DNA from: Hypanus sabinus
Lineage: Eukaryota
Assembly: GCF_030144855.1 (NCBI RefSeq)
Contig: NC_082731.1
Coordinates: forward strand, 20,832,001-20,896,000
Length of the DNA: 64,000 nt
Direction: 5' to 3'
Made by a program: the position numbers and the translations under genes. Within the stretch, counting starts at the first letter, position 1. Each line of letters begins with the position of its first letter. This document shows positions 11,650 to 25,089 of the stretch, piece after piece. The notes below the pieces were generated by a model. It made no database searches. It saw only the letters and a program-made list of their open reading frames with translations, and was not told where the DNA came from.

Positions 11650-12010
11650 TGTGTTTATCGAAAGGTCTCGAACAGTGTCTTCTCATCGCAGCTTAAAATT
11701 GTCAATTGAACGTCAGAATACAGAAGGAACAATTTTAGGACATATGAGACTGCAGATTTTTAAATCTGAAAATGCACTCAACGTTCAACTGAGCTATTAA
11801 CAACAATGATTGTGCTTATCCAATTAGACAATTTTGGTGGATACGCGCTGTGAATTCATTTTAAGCATTCAATAGTCTTGACAGGTTAGAACGTATTAAT
11901 TTATTTAGAAGCTCTTAATGTAAGTGTAGTAAAAACAAGTACAATGCTTCCGCCAATCAAGATGCATGATATTAACGTCTCTTAGAATTATGTGAGTTAA
12001 TTTCTGAGAG
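11650..12010 (-). pseudogene. Possible fossil V 'G' (paralog ~47960-48310)
   Basis: GSIVL in FR1, TTCTAA-TATCAA like F(W)YQ, SDLKI..SL, ATCTATATTCTGC like IYFC. Confidence 0.35.
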
Positions 12011-12156
12011 CAAACGCCATTCATATTGCTGATTGTACAGTGATTCGACTTGCCGATGTATTCTGTCGATATATATTGCGAACTTCATTTTATTTGTTTG
12101 AGCACTAACGTAAACTGTCGGTAAACGCAATGGATCGTGACTTAACGTTTATTCAT

Positions 12157-13322
12157 GAACATAGAAAACCTACAACACTGTATAGGCCCTTTGGCTCACA
12201 ATATTTTGCCGAACATGTCCTAATTTAGACATTATTAGACTTACCTTTAGCTCTGCATTTTACCAAGCTCCTTGAAACTATCCAAATGTCTCTTAAAAGA
12301 CCAGATTGTATATTCCTCCACCATTGTTGACGGCAGCACATTCCTCGCACTCACCACTCTCTGAGTAAAAAACTTATACCTGACATCTCCTCTGTACCTA
12401 CTCCTCAGGACGTTAAAACTGTGTCGTCTTGTGGCAACCATTTCAGCCCTGAGAAAAAGCCTCCGACTATCCACACGATCAATGCCTCTCATCATCTTAT
12501 ATATATCTATAGCAGGTCACCTTTAATCCTACATAGCTTCAAGGAGAAAAGGTCGAGTTTAGTTAACATATTCTCATAAGGCATGCTCCCGAATCAGGGC
12601 AACATCCTTGTAAAAAATCTCTGCACCCCTTTTTTATATCTTTGTCATCTTTCCTGTAGTGAAGCAACCAGAACTGAGCACAGTACTCCAAGTGGGATCT
12701 GACCAGGGTCCTATGTAGCTGCAACATTACCTCTTGGCTTCTAAATTCAATTCCACGATTGATGAAGGCCAAAACACCGTACACCTTCTTAACCACAGAG
12801 TCAACCTGCGCAGCTGCTTTGAGTGTCCTATGGACTCTGATCCCAAGACCCCTCTGATCCTCAACAGTATCAAGAGTCTTACCATTAATACTATATTCTG
12901 CAATCATATTTGACCTACTAAAGTAAACCACGTCACACGTATATAGGTTGAACTCCATCCGCCAATACTCAGCCCAGTTTTGCATCCTATCAATGTCCTC
13001 CCGTAACCTCTGACAGCCTTTCACACTAACCACAACACATCCATCCTTTTTGTCATCAGCAAACTTACAAACACATCCTTCTACTTCCTCATCAGGTCAT
13101 TTATAAAAATCACGAAGAGTAAGGGTCCCAGAATAGATCCCTGAGGCATCCACTTGGTGACAGACTGCCAAACAGAACATGAACTGTCGACAACCACTCT
13201 TTGCCTTCTGTCCGCAAGCCAGTTCTGGATCCATAAATCAATTTTCCCTTGGATCCCATGCCTCCTTACTATCTCAATAAGCCTTGCATGGGGAACCTTA
13301 TCGAATGACTTGCTGAAATCTA
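12157..13322 (-). mobile_element. CR1 LINE 3' fragment (copy 1 specific)
   Basis: VLAFINRGIEFRSQEVMLQLHRTLVRSHLEYCAQFW; CR1 tail. Confidence 0.9.
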
Positions 13323-13732
13323 TAACTTTAAATATGTCGGAACCAATCTGATCCTGGCGTTGAAATAGGTAAGCCTCTCGCGTGGTAGCCTCTGTTGCTG
13401 CAAAGTGTGGTCTCTTTCTACGTCAAAGGATCCCTTTAAAAGATTAATGTATCTGTACTGATGATTGTATTAGCTTCAAATGTGAAATGGTGAATAATCA
13501 GAGAAATGAAGAAACACATAGGAATCACTGAAGATTAAGTGGCTGCGATTAAAGTTACAACCATCAAAGAACAAAAACATCCATTGCAAATAGTGTGGAT
13601 ACATCACTGGTGACAGATGCTCGCCGTGACATCATATGAAATCATTGGACTAAGCCTGTAGACGTCAGTTAGCAGTTCCGTTCACTTTGATTAGTTCGCC
13701 CTCTATCGAGCTTCGAAGAAACTGTGAAAGTG

Positions 13733-13770
13733 GGTTTTTGTTCGAGATAGTTGAGTTTTTAAACACTGTG
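13733..13770 (-). other. RSS of V1 (CACAGTG - 22 nt - ACAAAAACC)
   Basis: Perfect heptamer 13764-13770 and nonamer 13733-13741; spacer counted as 22 nt. Confidence 0.95.
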
Positions 13771-14245
13771 TGCTCATCGCGCAGAGGTACGTGGCTGAGT
13801 CAGAGATCATGGTGTTCTTAATGGAGAGTTCGGAATATTTTTTACTTTTATTATAGGAAGCAGACAATCGGTCGGTTACATCTTCATTTCGGTTTACTAT
13901 CCCTCCGCTGATTCGAATCAAATACTGTGGTCGTTGCCCGGGGCGCTGCCTGTACCAGAAAACAATCGGGGATCCAGCATTTGTTTTTAAAGTACAGTTT
14001 AGGGTAATATTCCTTTCTTCTTCGATTGTCACTGCATCCAATGACTGTTCCACTGAGTCTTGAAGGCTCCAGTCTAACAGTAAATTAAATAATAGATCAT
14101 AAGCTCTCCTTCGAACAACATGGTTACTTAAATAGAAAATAAAACTTGTTTACAGAGAGATAGCGGTGTCTGGAATATTACAGTGAAGGAACATCTTACC
14201 CAGAAGAAACACAATAATGAGGATCGGCGTGATACAGGTCTTCAT
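13771..14245 (-). CDS. TRAV: Intact TCR alpha/delta-type V gene (V1): leader exon 14200-14245, intron 14074-14199, V exon 13771-14073
   Basis: Leader MKTCITPILIIVFLL with G|GTAAG donor, TTAG acceptor, phase 1. Spliced frame DWSLQDSVEQSLDAVTIEEERNITLNC...VFWYRQRPGQRPQYLI...ISDSATYLCAMS has Cys23, Trp41 and Cys104. An RSS follows. TRAV versus TRDV cannot be settled from sequence alone. Confidence 0.95.
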
Positions 14246-14345
14246 AATCACTCTGTTTGACTCTGTTCTCCCGCGACCACAGAGTGGAAACTCATTGCCA
14301 GATGATAAATACACATACCGTTGGCCATACCAACCAATCACATCA
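14246..14345 (-). promoter_or_regulatory. V1 proximal promoter: TATA-like TATTTAT (14305-14311) and CCAAT box (14334-14338)
   Basis: Motifs at the same positions upstream of the V1 and V3 leaders; CCAAT present in all three copies. Confidence 0.55.
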
Positions 14346-14860
14346 GGCAACGTACGGCGTTGGATCTCTAAAGACACAATAGAAACAGGTGTTAGACGCA
14401 GTGCAGGAAATGAAATTTTGCCAAGTCGATTGCAGAAGTTCACAACAGATGAGTAATATACGTTGTAAGATGAAATAAACACTGCAGCGCCACGCAGAGC
14501 CGAATTGATGAGGGGCAGCTCGCATTTCTCGTGGATGAAGATCGTCAACATATTGCGCTTGTTCAGCGATGCAGAGGGTGCGAGCAGAATAAATGGGAGT
14601 GTAACGAACTGGGGGTGCAGCAAAAGATGCAATAACAGTCCATGTGGATTTCTGGCAGAATTAGAGACGGCAGAATTGATTTGAAAAGCAGAAACGAGCA
14701 CGGGATTTAAAGTGTTCAGGTGCAACCTGTGAAATTAGCTATTCTCTGAATAACTTACCAATTAATTAGGCGTATTGAAGTAGTGCTTTTTTATGTACAG
14801 GCTGTTGTTCTGTGAAGGATGCAGTGGGTTCATGTAACATTGCCAGGAGCAAAAAGATAT

Positions 14861-14879
14861 TTTCCATCAGATGAAAGCA
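14861..14879 (+). promoter_or_regulatory. Degenerate CTCF-like motif upstream of V1
   Basis: CCATCAGATGAAAG at 14864-14877; GGC of the core changed to GAA. Confidence 0.35.
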
Positions 14880-15539
14880 AAGATTGAGTAATTCGCTCCT
14901 TTGCACTCTTCATTCTTCGATTTTCGCAGGTTTCCTTGCCAGCGGTATGTTCCCAACGTTTCCGTCTTTTATAGTTGTCATGTGAAGTGAAAAAAAAACT
15001 CAGTTTACCTCAATAACTGCAGACAAGCAAAATTCTCGCTTTTGATGCAGCACCTTCTTGCGCAAACCAGGGCTGAAAATTCTTGATGATCAAGCTGATT
15101 GATAAAAGAATCAATGGATGCATTGTTAGAATATGAAACAGTGCCTCCTTTCCAGAATGTTGAGATTAATCTGCAAATTTCCCGACTAACTTAAACGAGT
15201 TTGTCAATTACAAATTTTCTGAGTTGGAGACTCGGACGTAAACAATAGACATAGAAGGGAATGGGATCAAGCTGTTCTTGTAACGTGAGAACAGTACTTG
15301 GAACTGCTGAACGTGGTTTTAATATATAAGATAATTAGTATATTATAAATTAATGAGGTAATATATGATAACAATAATATGACACCTCTGAGAGTAATTA
15401 CTGCTAGTTTATAATAAATTAATATTCATTGTGTACCCGATGTTGCAAATTAATTTAGTTTCAAGTTACTCATTGCGAGGATAGGTAATGCTGTATATCG
15501 CACTTTCTATTGTGGGAATAAAAATAGTTTGTCCAAGAA

Positions 15540-15870
15540 CTCAGTCTAATACTTCAGCATCTGGTATAGCATGAAGCAATTTTATGTCCACGTTCGTTTA
15601 CTACTTCTTCAGCTGCCTCTATGAACTTTGTGAATGCTATAAAGTGCTCGGTAAATGTCATGGAGTTTGTCAGACGACCACAGTGAAAGCAGACGCAGGA
15701 CCCTGTACCTGAGTTGTTGCTGAGTTTGTACATCATTAAATAGGATGGCGTGGAAGGACACTGCATTGGCAGGATAAATACAACATGTTCAAAGTCAGCA
15801 GCGCTGTAGACTTGCATGTATAACTATGAAAAAGGCGACATACCGCGTCCTCAATTTCAGAAATCAGAGA
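15540..15870 (-). pseudogene. Possible fossil V 'L' (paralogs 32470-32820 and 5' half 51140-51320)
   Basis: Leader-like LFHVLFHLLNSG, GTATG...AG only 20 nt apart, GLHxSVQ, NVTMQC, TEHFIA at the same distance from the final Cys as TDRL in V1. Confidence 0.35.
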
Positions 15871-16984
15871 GTTCATGCGAAGAAGAGTTCATGCAATTTG
15901 TCATATACCTAATAGTCCGTTCCAAACTATTACGAACCCATGTAAACTGCAAGAATGAGTGACCAGAGTGCAACGGAGATCTAGGTCTTTAAAATCGTAG
16001 TTGTTAAAGAGCCATGCAGCATAAACAGAAGATTAATTAATATACTAATATAATCTTATACTATCAGGCCTTTGGAAATGTTTTCACCGTGAGAAACGTT
16101 GTTTTCACTCCTATAATGTCTGTTAACGATAATGTTGGAGCAATTTTAATCACGGGTTGCATATTTTCTTTCAGGTAGGAAATAAATTCCGGCAGATGTG
16201 AAAAAATGCAGAAATAAATAATTTGTAGAGGTAAATACCTGCGGGATTCGTGACGGTATCATTTTCTGTTTTGACGAAGCATTCTGTCTCAAGAACTCAC
16301 AAAAACGGGAAAACAAGTTTTATATGTGGATAAGTTTAGAGGAAGTTAGTCTTCCTTCATCCATTATTAACTATAATATCGAGCACACAGGAAAAAAATG
16401 TCTTTGTATCAGTGAATGGCAGCGTCTCAAATCAAAGCATAGTAAACTCAACTCAATCGAAAAATGAATAATATTCCTCGGTTTCGAACCAGTTATTTAA
16501 TTTACATCTAAATGCTGCAAATTTGCATTTCTTTCGCAGCTGTTTATATATATCTATGAATATATATTGCAAAATCTATCGATCAGCTGGAAAATACGTT
16601 CAAGTTAGTTCTCAGTAAAATGTTAATGTCTTTTTCTGCTATGTCGAATATATAACTTCCTGTTTTTTTTTTTTCCCAGAAGTCCAAAAGGGAGCGTGTA
16701 TGAATTATAAATTGTGGCCGACATTTTCTGTTTTGATACACGAAATCCAACTCGTCGTTTGAATAAATCATTCATAAATAAATAATTTTAGGTAATGATA
16801 TAAACAACACTGAAAACGTAACACAAATACATGAATAAACTCATGAACAAATGGTGAGTAAATAAAGAAATAGAACGTTTTTTAAAATAAACAGATGTTA
16901 GCACAGATGATAGTACGGCTAGATAGGTAGTTCTGTAGATATTGAGATAAGCATAAATAACTAAGCATGCCAAAAATAGATAAG

Positions 16985-18395
16985 TAATTGCGTTTAAACA
17001 ATTTAGCAAATACTTCGTCTCAACTTAACAATGCAATAATGACACAACGTGACTCAATGAGGGCAAATTTGCAGATGAAACTCAGCTGAGTGGCAGTGTG
17101 ACATGTGATGAGGATGTTACGATAATTCAGAGTGACTTGGATAGACAGGGTGAGTGGGCAGATAGTTGGCAGATGACGTTTAATGTGAGTAAGTGTGAGG
17201 TTATCCACTTTGGCAGTTAGAACAGGAAGGCAGATTATTATCTGAACGGTGCAGAGTTAGGTATGGGAGAAATACAAAAAGATCTAGGAGTCCTTGTTCA
17301 TCAGTTACTGAAGGTGAATGAGCAAGTGCAGCAGGCAGTGAAGAAGGCTAATGAAATGTTGGCCTTTATTACAAAGGGAATTGAGTATAAGAGCAAAGAA
17401 ATCCTCTTGCATTTGTTTAGAGCTCTGGTGAGACCACACCTGGAGTATTGTGCACTGTTTTGGTCTCCAGGCTTAAGGAAGGACATCCTGGCTGTAGAGA
17501 AAGTGCAGCGCAGGTTAATTCCTGGGACGTCTGGACTGTCTTACGCAGAGAGGTTAGAGAGACTGGGCTTGTACACGCTGGAATTAAGGAGATTTAGAGG
17601 GGATCTGACTGAAACATATAAGATTATTAAGGGATTGGACAAGATAGAGGCAGGAAATATGTTCCAGATGCTGGGAGAGTCCAGTATCAGAGGGCATGGT
17701 TTCCGAATAAGAGGTAGGTCTCTTAGGACAGAGTTAAGGAAAAATCTCTTCTCCCAGAGAGTTGTGGGGGTCTGGAATGCACTACCTCGGAAGGTAGTGG
17801 AGGCCAATTCTATGGATGTTTTCAAGAAGGAGCTAGATAGGTATCTTTTGCATAAGGGAATCAAGGGATATGGGGACAAGGCAGGAACGAGGTATTGGTA
17901 GTAGATGGTCAGCCATGATCTCAAAATGTCGGTGCAGTCTCGAAGGGCCGAATGGTCCACTTCTGCACCTATTGTCTATTGTCTATCGTCTATAAGACTA
18001 TTCCGCAACATTCAAATGCAATAATCAGATCTACAGTTTATTTCACTTTCTTCACTTCCAACGAAATTTAATGTTCAATTACATATTCCCTCAGGAGCAT
18101 CACTCATCTTCTGAATAATATTGTTTATCTGGTATATTGTGGACCATTACTGAAATGTTAAAAAATGACGTTTCATTAAGCAATGTCCTCAGTGCATCCC
18201 TCTGTTCATATTATGAATTCCATGCTCAGCATTCACAACGTAGTGAAATATACAGAATTTTAGGTGAAAAGGGAAATTTGAAATCGAAAGCCTGTCGCAA
18301 GCTCAGGCGTTTCATGCTGTTAAAAAAATTGTTAACGCGAGAATTGGAGTTCTGTGAGTGCAACACAAGAGTTGCACAACTAATGTGCAATCCAT
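16985..18395 (-). pseudogene. Fossil V 'A', copy 2, split by a CR1 insertion
   Basis: Leader MDCTLVVQLLCC. GAGTCACGTTGTGTCATTATTGC at 17033-17055 reads as decayed DSAVYYC. Confidence 0.7.
17060..17993 (+). mobile_element. Young CR1 LINE 3' fragment (copy 2 specific)
   Basis: 212-aa open RT C-terminus LVRPHLEYCALFWSP; (CTATTGT)n tail. Confidence 0.95.
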
Positions 18396-20174
18396 TTCAG
18401 CAGGTTCACTGTGTGCAGAAATCAATTCACATTTGGCCAAATAATGGGCCTTAAAATGGATATGTTGATGGAGTGAATTTTGGTTTCACCTTTTCACACG
18501 AGAGGGATTCAGTAATAAATGCAGTTTTGAAGAATCTCCCGGCATGCATTTTAAATGGCTTCATCGGTTAGCAAGAATAGAAAGAACTTTGGCATTTAAT
18601 GTAACTTTTCTGCCATCTATAACGATGAGATAATTTTTTATTCAAATTCATCCCGACTTCTCACTGAACATATGATTTTCAGGACAAACTGTTTTTCTTA
18701 TCTACTTCTGTGCTTGTTTGTTTGATTAGTTATGCATTTGAAATACAGTACGGAATTTGCCCTTTCTGCACTTCGGTGCTCGCAGCCCGTTAATAAACTC
18801 ATTAAATGCGAGCAAAATTACTCTACAGTTCAATTGAAGCAATCAGCTTACCAAATCCAGCAACAGAGCAGTCGACAGTAATCCCACGCGTTCCAGGGAA
18901 TAAGATCAATCTCTTTACAAACTGTGCTGGTAACTGAATATCAATCATAGGCACAGTAGAACGGTGCGCTAATAATTGCGCTACTGGTACCTGTTTGATC
19001 TTTCCTACTTTATTAAATTCGAGGCATACGAAATCTTATCCAAAATTGTTGCGGCCTCTCGTCATCAATTAATCACCGTCTATTTTAGAAGTTAATCCCA
19101 ATTTCTTGGCCATCGACACTACAGTAGCTTCAGCTGTTTTCGGGATCCTTCTCCCACAGTAAGATTCTTCCATGTGACAACGGACAGCATCCTTTGTCAT
19201 CATTGAATTTCGAAAGCATATCTCTCTTAGCGCACGGTCGTTCACGGGTTCCGCCAGTTTATTGCCATTTGATGCGGGGTACGTAAATTTCGCTATGGTA
19301 CCACGTTGTTTGAACAGTTTTCGTGGTGGACCGCCAGAAATTCGGACCTATTTCTTTTGCATACTTATGGCATAAACGACAAACCTAAAGATTCAGCTTC
19401 AGAGTAAACAGTTACACAGCAAATGATTTAGGCGTTCATCGTGACCATATTGGGGTTACACAAGTGCGCACCCAGCTTATGCTTAATATTCTGGTTATCA
19501 TAAGTATTTTAGCGGATTGTTGCACTTAAAATAATCCCATAATAAGGAATAAAATACATTCCAGTTTCTGGTGACTACGCGGCACAGTATTTTCTGTTGT
19601 GATTGAAGATTATTTAGAATTTTCTAAACATGGAGTTAACAAACAACTTGTTCAAACATTTACTTGAACCATTCAGTTTCTGCACCAACCCTTGTACACA
19701 TTTATGGACCTTTAACGAACTTAGGAAATTGGTTCCAGTCACTTATGTTGCAGCTGATGTTGTGCAAATCGAAAGCAATGAAATAGATCAATATAAATGT
19801 AGATAGATAGAAGACAACAAGAAAGGAAGCTTTGTAATTTTTATGAATTAAGCAGAAAATAGATTCTGTTGTTTGCAGATGTTTTCTGTTCCCAGGTCAC
19901 TTTAGGCAATATTCTGCATTTCAGCCTCATTCTCTGTGCACTGACATTTGTCTGAGTGAATAATTCCTTTACATTATGGAGCTGCTACATTCCAAACAAG
20001 CCCATAAAACAGGCAGACATTTGATGCTCATCTTTCAATCCTAGGAGGTATTTACAAATTAGCCATTCATTGAATGTGAATGCGATCATTTATGGTTTTC
20101 CAACTCACATACCTCCGTTTGCAAGCTGTAAACGAAAATTTATTTGTTTACAATTTTTTTTTTTTTGTTTGACA

Positions 20175-20730
20175 ACTCAGTGCGTGGTGGCAACGTTTAG
20201 TCTTGCAAGACTATGTGTCTGCGCCTGGAAAGTCTACTGGAGTGCACTACTGAAAGTCTCCACGACACCGATATATTCCGAGGAATGGGCAAAGGCCGAT
20301 GGAGATTGGCACCAGTGTCGTTGCAGGAGTTACCAGAACGAAGTTGAAGGCAACGTCGGACTGCCTTAGGGAATCCAGCTCCGGATTTCACTTCAGTGTT
20401 TATTCCCGAAGCCTTTCCCATGAATGTGTATGGCCGCGAGACTGCGGAGGTTTGTAACCAGAATTTTCCCTCTCTTAGCTGGACTGCCTTTCCAGACTGA
20501 CGAGCTGCATCGACCCGAAGCATTGGTTTTAATGCGCCAGGAACCGGCTCCTGTCAGCAGAAACAGTTCCGCCGGGCTTAGAGGCTAAGCCACCCGAGAT
20601 GGCAAGGAGTTGGACTTGCTTGTCAGAGGCGATTTGAGACGCATGCTGTGAGGAGCACTTTTAGGTAGTGGCAGCTTGTCGCCAATACCAGCCCCCACCC
20701 TCTCGGCTTAACAAGCTTGGAATCCAGTGA
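20175..20730. mobile_element. Copy 2-specific ~550-bp insertion, RTE-like 5' UTR (tentative)
   Basis: Absent from the other three copies, bounded by CAGTG; family assigned from memory only. Confidence 0.5.
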
Positions 20731-21059
20731 TTACAACTGACACAATTACATGCAAAATAAAGGAGTAATTCCTCAGAAACATACAATATGATCCCAATAA
20801 TTATAATATTAACATATCAAGCTATTCAATTTTCTGATTCTCTCATCTTAAAGCCCTGGCTAGAGTAAGGGATATGGTGTCTTCTAACCTCGAAACATTC
20901 CGTTGAAATTGTCTATATTTGGTTGTCCCGTTTCCTATCCACCGGCATTGCATCAAAGCAAAGAATGTCGTATTACTTTGGGCAACATGAATAAAAACTT
21001 AACTCTTTCCATATAGCTACTGAAACTTGATTAAAGCAATTCTTTCTGATGGACTCTTT

Positions 21060-23640
21060 ATTTGAAATGGCAGTTTTCAATGTTAAGATGATACGTCTGT
21101 TACATCTGTTGAGCACATAGTCTCCAAGAATAGAGTAGCATTCGATCCATCTAAAACAGTGGAGGTGAACCGCCAGCTAAGAACTCAACTGTGAAGTTCA
21201 TGAAGGATCATCAGAGGTTCATGAAGCACTACTTGGAAGTCAGTTACCCTGTCAATCAACTTCTGTGCGTTATCCTCCCTCGGGGACAAAAATAGAATGA
21301 GAAAACTAGTGTATGATAATATTACCTTCGCTCTTCGGAAAACCTTGGAGGGCGATGGGTTGTGAAATGTGAAGAGGCATTTCAGTCGCTGAAGGAGCTG
21401 TTGACCAATACGCCTGTGCTGAAGTTTGCAGACTCCTGATTGTCGGATGTACTGCATACGATGCAGCAGAGACTGCTTAAGTTCAGGATTAGGCCACAGG
21501 GTTGAGACCTGTCGCATTTGTCAGTCGGAGTAGGTCACATTCTGAGAATAAAAACATATCCAACGCACAAATTGGACTTCCTGGCATTGAAATGAGCTGC
21601 GGTGCTTAACTTATGTGACGAATTCATTGGTGCCAATTGTGAGGTGAGTACGGACAACGAACACTTAACGTATACTTTCACTTACGCCAAATTGGATGCC
21701 AGTGATTTCAGCCTGAAATACCGGCGGGGAAGTAGGGACATTGATGCTGATGCGTTCTCTCGACGTCCGTATGAAGGGCTAGATAGGTACCAAGGGTGGG
21801 AGAGTGTTCCTGTCCCAGGTGTGAAAGCCACGGTTTAGCTTTCCAGCACGGTGAAGGTGGTAGAAAGGCAGGGATCGATCGAGCGGTAGATCATTTGCGG
21901 GCTTCTGATCGTGCTATTGGACAAGCTTAATGTACCCTGAGTGCTCTGAAGAGAGACCTGTGGCTAGAAATGAGACCTGACGAAGGGGCATCTGCTCACC
22001 CAGAGAACACGGGCATCGGCACCGTTTCGTAAGTGGTTACAAAAAAGAACATGGCCCAGGGGTGCAGTACGAAATCCTCTGTGGTGTTTCGATTACTGAG
22101 AGAATGACCCAGAATGGGGTTGAGGAATTCGATACTATATTCGGTCACGTTCCCTGCACACCGATATCAGCGTTCCTAGCTGGTTCTGCATGAGAAGTAT
22201 TGGAGGATTGTGTTGAAATCGTATTATGATCTTTCTGGATATTTGGGGGTTGACATGACCAAAGGATTGTTATTATATCTGAATGCGATTCCTGATTTCG
22301 ATATATACGGAGGAAGACACTGTCTGCGAGGACAGTTCCGTTGTCCTACTTGAAGACTGCGGAGCCACTTAACCTGGTGTGTACAGATTTTCTGTCAATA
22401 GATCCATATGCAGCAACATTGCGATTGACGTTGTTATGACGGATCACTACACCAGATATATGCAAACATTCCTTATCAAGGATATTTGGGCGTCGGCTGT
22501 GGTCAAATGGTTGTAGGATAAGTATTTCATTGATTAATGACTCCCCAGGCTGATACATAGCAATCAAGGGTTGCATTTTCATAGTAGGATCTGACACGAC
22601 TGAGTGAGCATGCTTGAAGAAGAGAAGTCGAAGACTACGCCATATGACCCATTGGGTGTTCCCACGCTCGAGAGGTGCAATCGGAACTTGTTACACATGT
22701 TCTAAACCTTGAATATCATCGAAAAGAACAAATGGGAACAAGATATTGGATATCTGGTCCGCATCTATAGCTCTGCACTAAATGAAGCTACAGTGTACTG
22801 GCCACAGTCTCTGGTGTTAGGGCACAAGACAAGTTTTTTTTTCCCGTTAACCTTTCTTTTAGGACTGGCCTGGAATATCCACCGCAGAAAACGACAGAAG
22901 TGTGTGAACGATATGAGAAAGGAGCAGTAAAATGCTTAAGGATTAGCTGAAATCGCGGACACCAAGCAGAATCAAGGAAATCAGAGGAGTTATGATCAAC
23001 AGGTTAGGCTTTCCCAACTCAAACCTAGAGACAGAGTCCTCAAAAAGTATTTAGGGACTACGTAGAAAGCATAATTTGTCTGACTGCTTGACGGCTATGA
23101 TCAATGTAGTGGAGAGTTATGTGCCAAACGTATCAGATTTCTAGGTGAAACTAGAGGATGGGGATGACCCTGGCAATATTCTCTATCGGAACTACCTTCT
23201 ACATCTGGGGCAAGAGGTGCGTGTTCACGCAGTACCTGACCTGAACAGTAAACATAGCAAGAGGTCTCTGCAGCGACATGGGGAGTCTGAAGAACCAACA
23301 TCTGAAACGATTATACGGCACCCCACCCTCTCCTGAATGGAATATGTACTTTGACGATGTTTGGTGTATGGTGCCTTTTGTTAACTTCCCAACAATTGAA
23401 GAAGTGTCGCAATTCTTTTCACGCTGAGGAAGTTGAAATTGTGTGTGGAGTGGGGGGGGGGGGGGTCGGAGTGTGTGGAAAGCGGTTGGGAATGTGCACT
23501 AGCAGCGGTCAGGCAGGTTTGCCGCTACACCATGCAGTGGGGTTGCACTCTGTAGCACATGCAAATGAAGCTGAGCGCAGCCAAATAGCCAACCAGTCTG
23601 ATTCATCGGAAAACACATGTTATCGATAAGCGGAAGCCTC
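21060..23640 (+). mobile_element. Degenerate Gypsy pol (RT end, RNase H, integrase), copy 2
   Basis: EAFQSLKELLTNTPVL, CEVSTDNEHLTY..AKLDA..DFSLKYRRGSRDIDADAFSRR, integrase-like remnants. Confidence 0.85.
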
Positions 23641-24290
23641 GACAAATAGAATAGAAGTATCCCAAAGAGTGTTTGGAACTGAAGAGGACGATAATGTGAT
23701 AAGAATGTCTCAAGGGTCAGATAGGTAGGCTGGCATATGTACCCGTTCCATCCACAAACCGATAAGAAAACTCAGATCACAGCTTCTGCGCTTCAAATGT
23801 TACGGAAGACTCAGTAAAGCTGGTGCTTAAAGGATTATGTGAATGAGCAGCAGGTTATACATGTTAGAAGTGATGCCGGTAGAAATCCGCGTCAACGAAC
23901 AAAGGAAGGGAACCCGTTTTGCGTTACTGGAGAAATCGCTTTTAGTCGAACATTGCATTTGTAATGGCCGTAGGTTTGATTTCGAAGGCATAAAACTACT
24001 ATGCCGCCCGAATGATTTTTGGGACGGTCCGGTGAAGGAAGCATTTGAAATTAAAGAAGAGAAACGGAATTTTAATAAAGACGAAGTCCTTACAGTAATT
24101 AAAATTATGTCAACCTTTAACAACCCGGGGGCGGCGGAAGCCTGATTGGATGAGGACTAAACAATCAAGGGGCGGGGGTGCAATCAAGCGCTGTATATAT
24201 TCCACACGACTAGGCATGGCTCGGCATCATCCCCTAACATGATGTCAGAGTCTGTCATCAACACGTCGCTGAAAGCCTTTGTTGAAGACT
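23640..24290 (+). mobile_element. Penelope-like GIY-YIG 3' fragment, copy 2
   Basis: IHKPIRKLRSQ; EHCICNGRRFDFEGIKLLCRPNDFWDGPVKEAFEI. Confidence 0.8.
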
Positions 24291-25089
24291 AATGGGACAG
24301 ACGAATCGCTGGACTCAGGCTCCTCCGATGATTGGGCTTCCAAAAAATTCCAACTTCTGCAAACAACAACGTAGCACCGATTTTTCATCAAACTAGAAGT
24401 CTATATGACATAGAAGCAGAAAAAGCAGAATAAGAATGAGCAAATTTCTGCTCATTGAGTAAAAAAGGAAAAATAAAATAAGATCATACTACCTTTTAAA
24501 CATACTGAATTTCTTTGGAATGACAATGAACTCAAGAATTTGACGAAAGTTTATCCTCAACTCTGTTCTAAATCGACGTCCCTCCATTCTAAGATAGTGC
24601 CTTCATGTTCCTGTCACCCAACTGGTGACAACGTACTCCTTCCATCTGCTCTGTTTTTGTCTTTCAAAATTTAGAGTAGTAGAATGAGATACACTCAACA
24701 TTCTGTTGAACTCGAGCTTATACTGGCGCATCGACATCCAATGCTGTGGGGCTCCTCCAATGCCAACATATCTTTTCTTAGAAAAGGGGTCGATAGCTGC
24801 ACACTGCAATCCAAATGCGATACTTCGACAATGGAATCTTTCTCAAGAACAGAAGGCTTTCAAGAACCAAACCGACCATGGATTGAGGACATCCAGGCAG
24901 AAGCGTAGCACAGTGATATAAATAACCTCTGCCCAGAATCGCTGATCAACAATTGATTAATTTGCTCAAGACATCACACCTCAGCGTCATTGCTGGCCCT
25001 TAGTTGGTCCTCTGCAGGTAGAATGACTGTAAATATAAAGATTATTAGCAGTGTGGGGGAATGGAGGGACTTTAAGTTCCATATCTATT

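Larger units (their letters stand above)
150..16540. repeat. Tandem segmental-duplication cassette copy 1
   Basis: Collinear blocks shared with the other copies; anchor at 181. Confidence 0.9.

Noticed and set aside
13720-13726. Second heptamer-like CACAGTT just 3' of the V1 and V3 nonamers
   Set aside because: No nonamer at 12 or 23 nt, and it is not conserved in V2
14217-14456. Antisense 79-aa ORF over the V1 leader and promoter
   Set aside because: The paralogous frame in copy 3 stops after about 33 codons; no recognisable domain
14150-14725. 191-aa ORF (and 206-aa ORF at 49420-50040) running through the promoter into the V leader
   Set aside because: The frame is not conserved between copies in the middle, it is broken in copy 2, and it crosses TATA/CCAAT promoter sequence and reads into the intron. 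Most likely a chance stop-free stretch.
17263-17901. Long ORFs here and at 12563-13033, 34664-35041 and 56061-56450 as host genes
   Set aside because: They are CR1 or L1 reverse-transcriptase fragments
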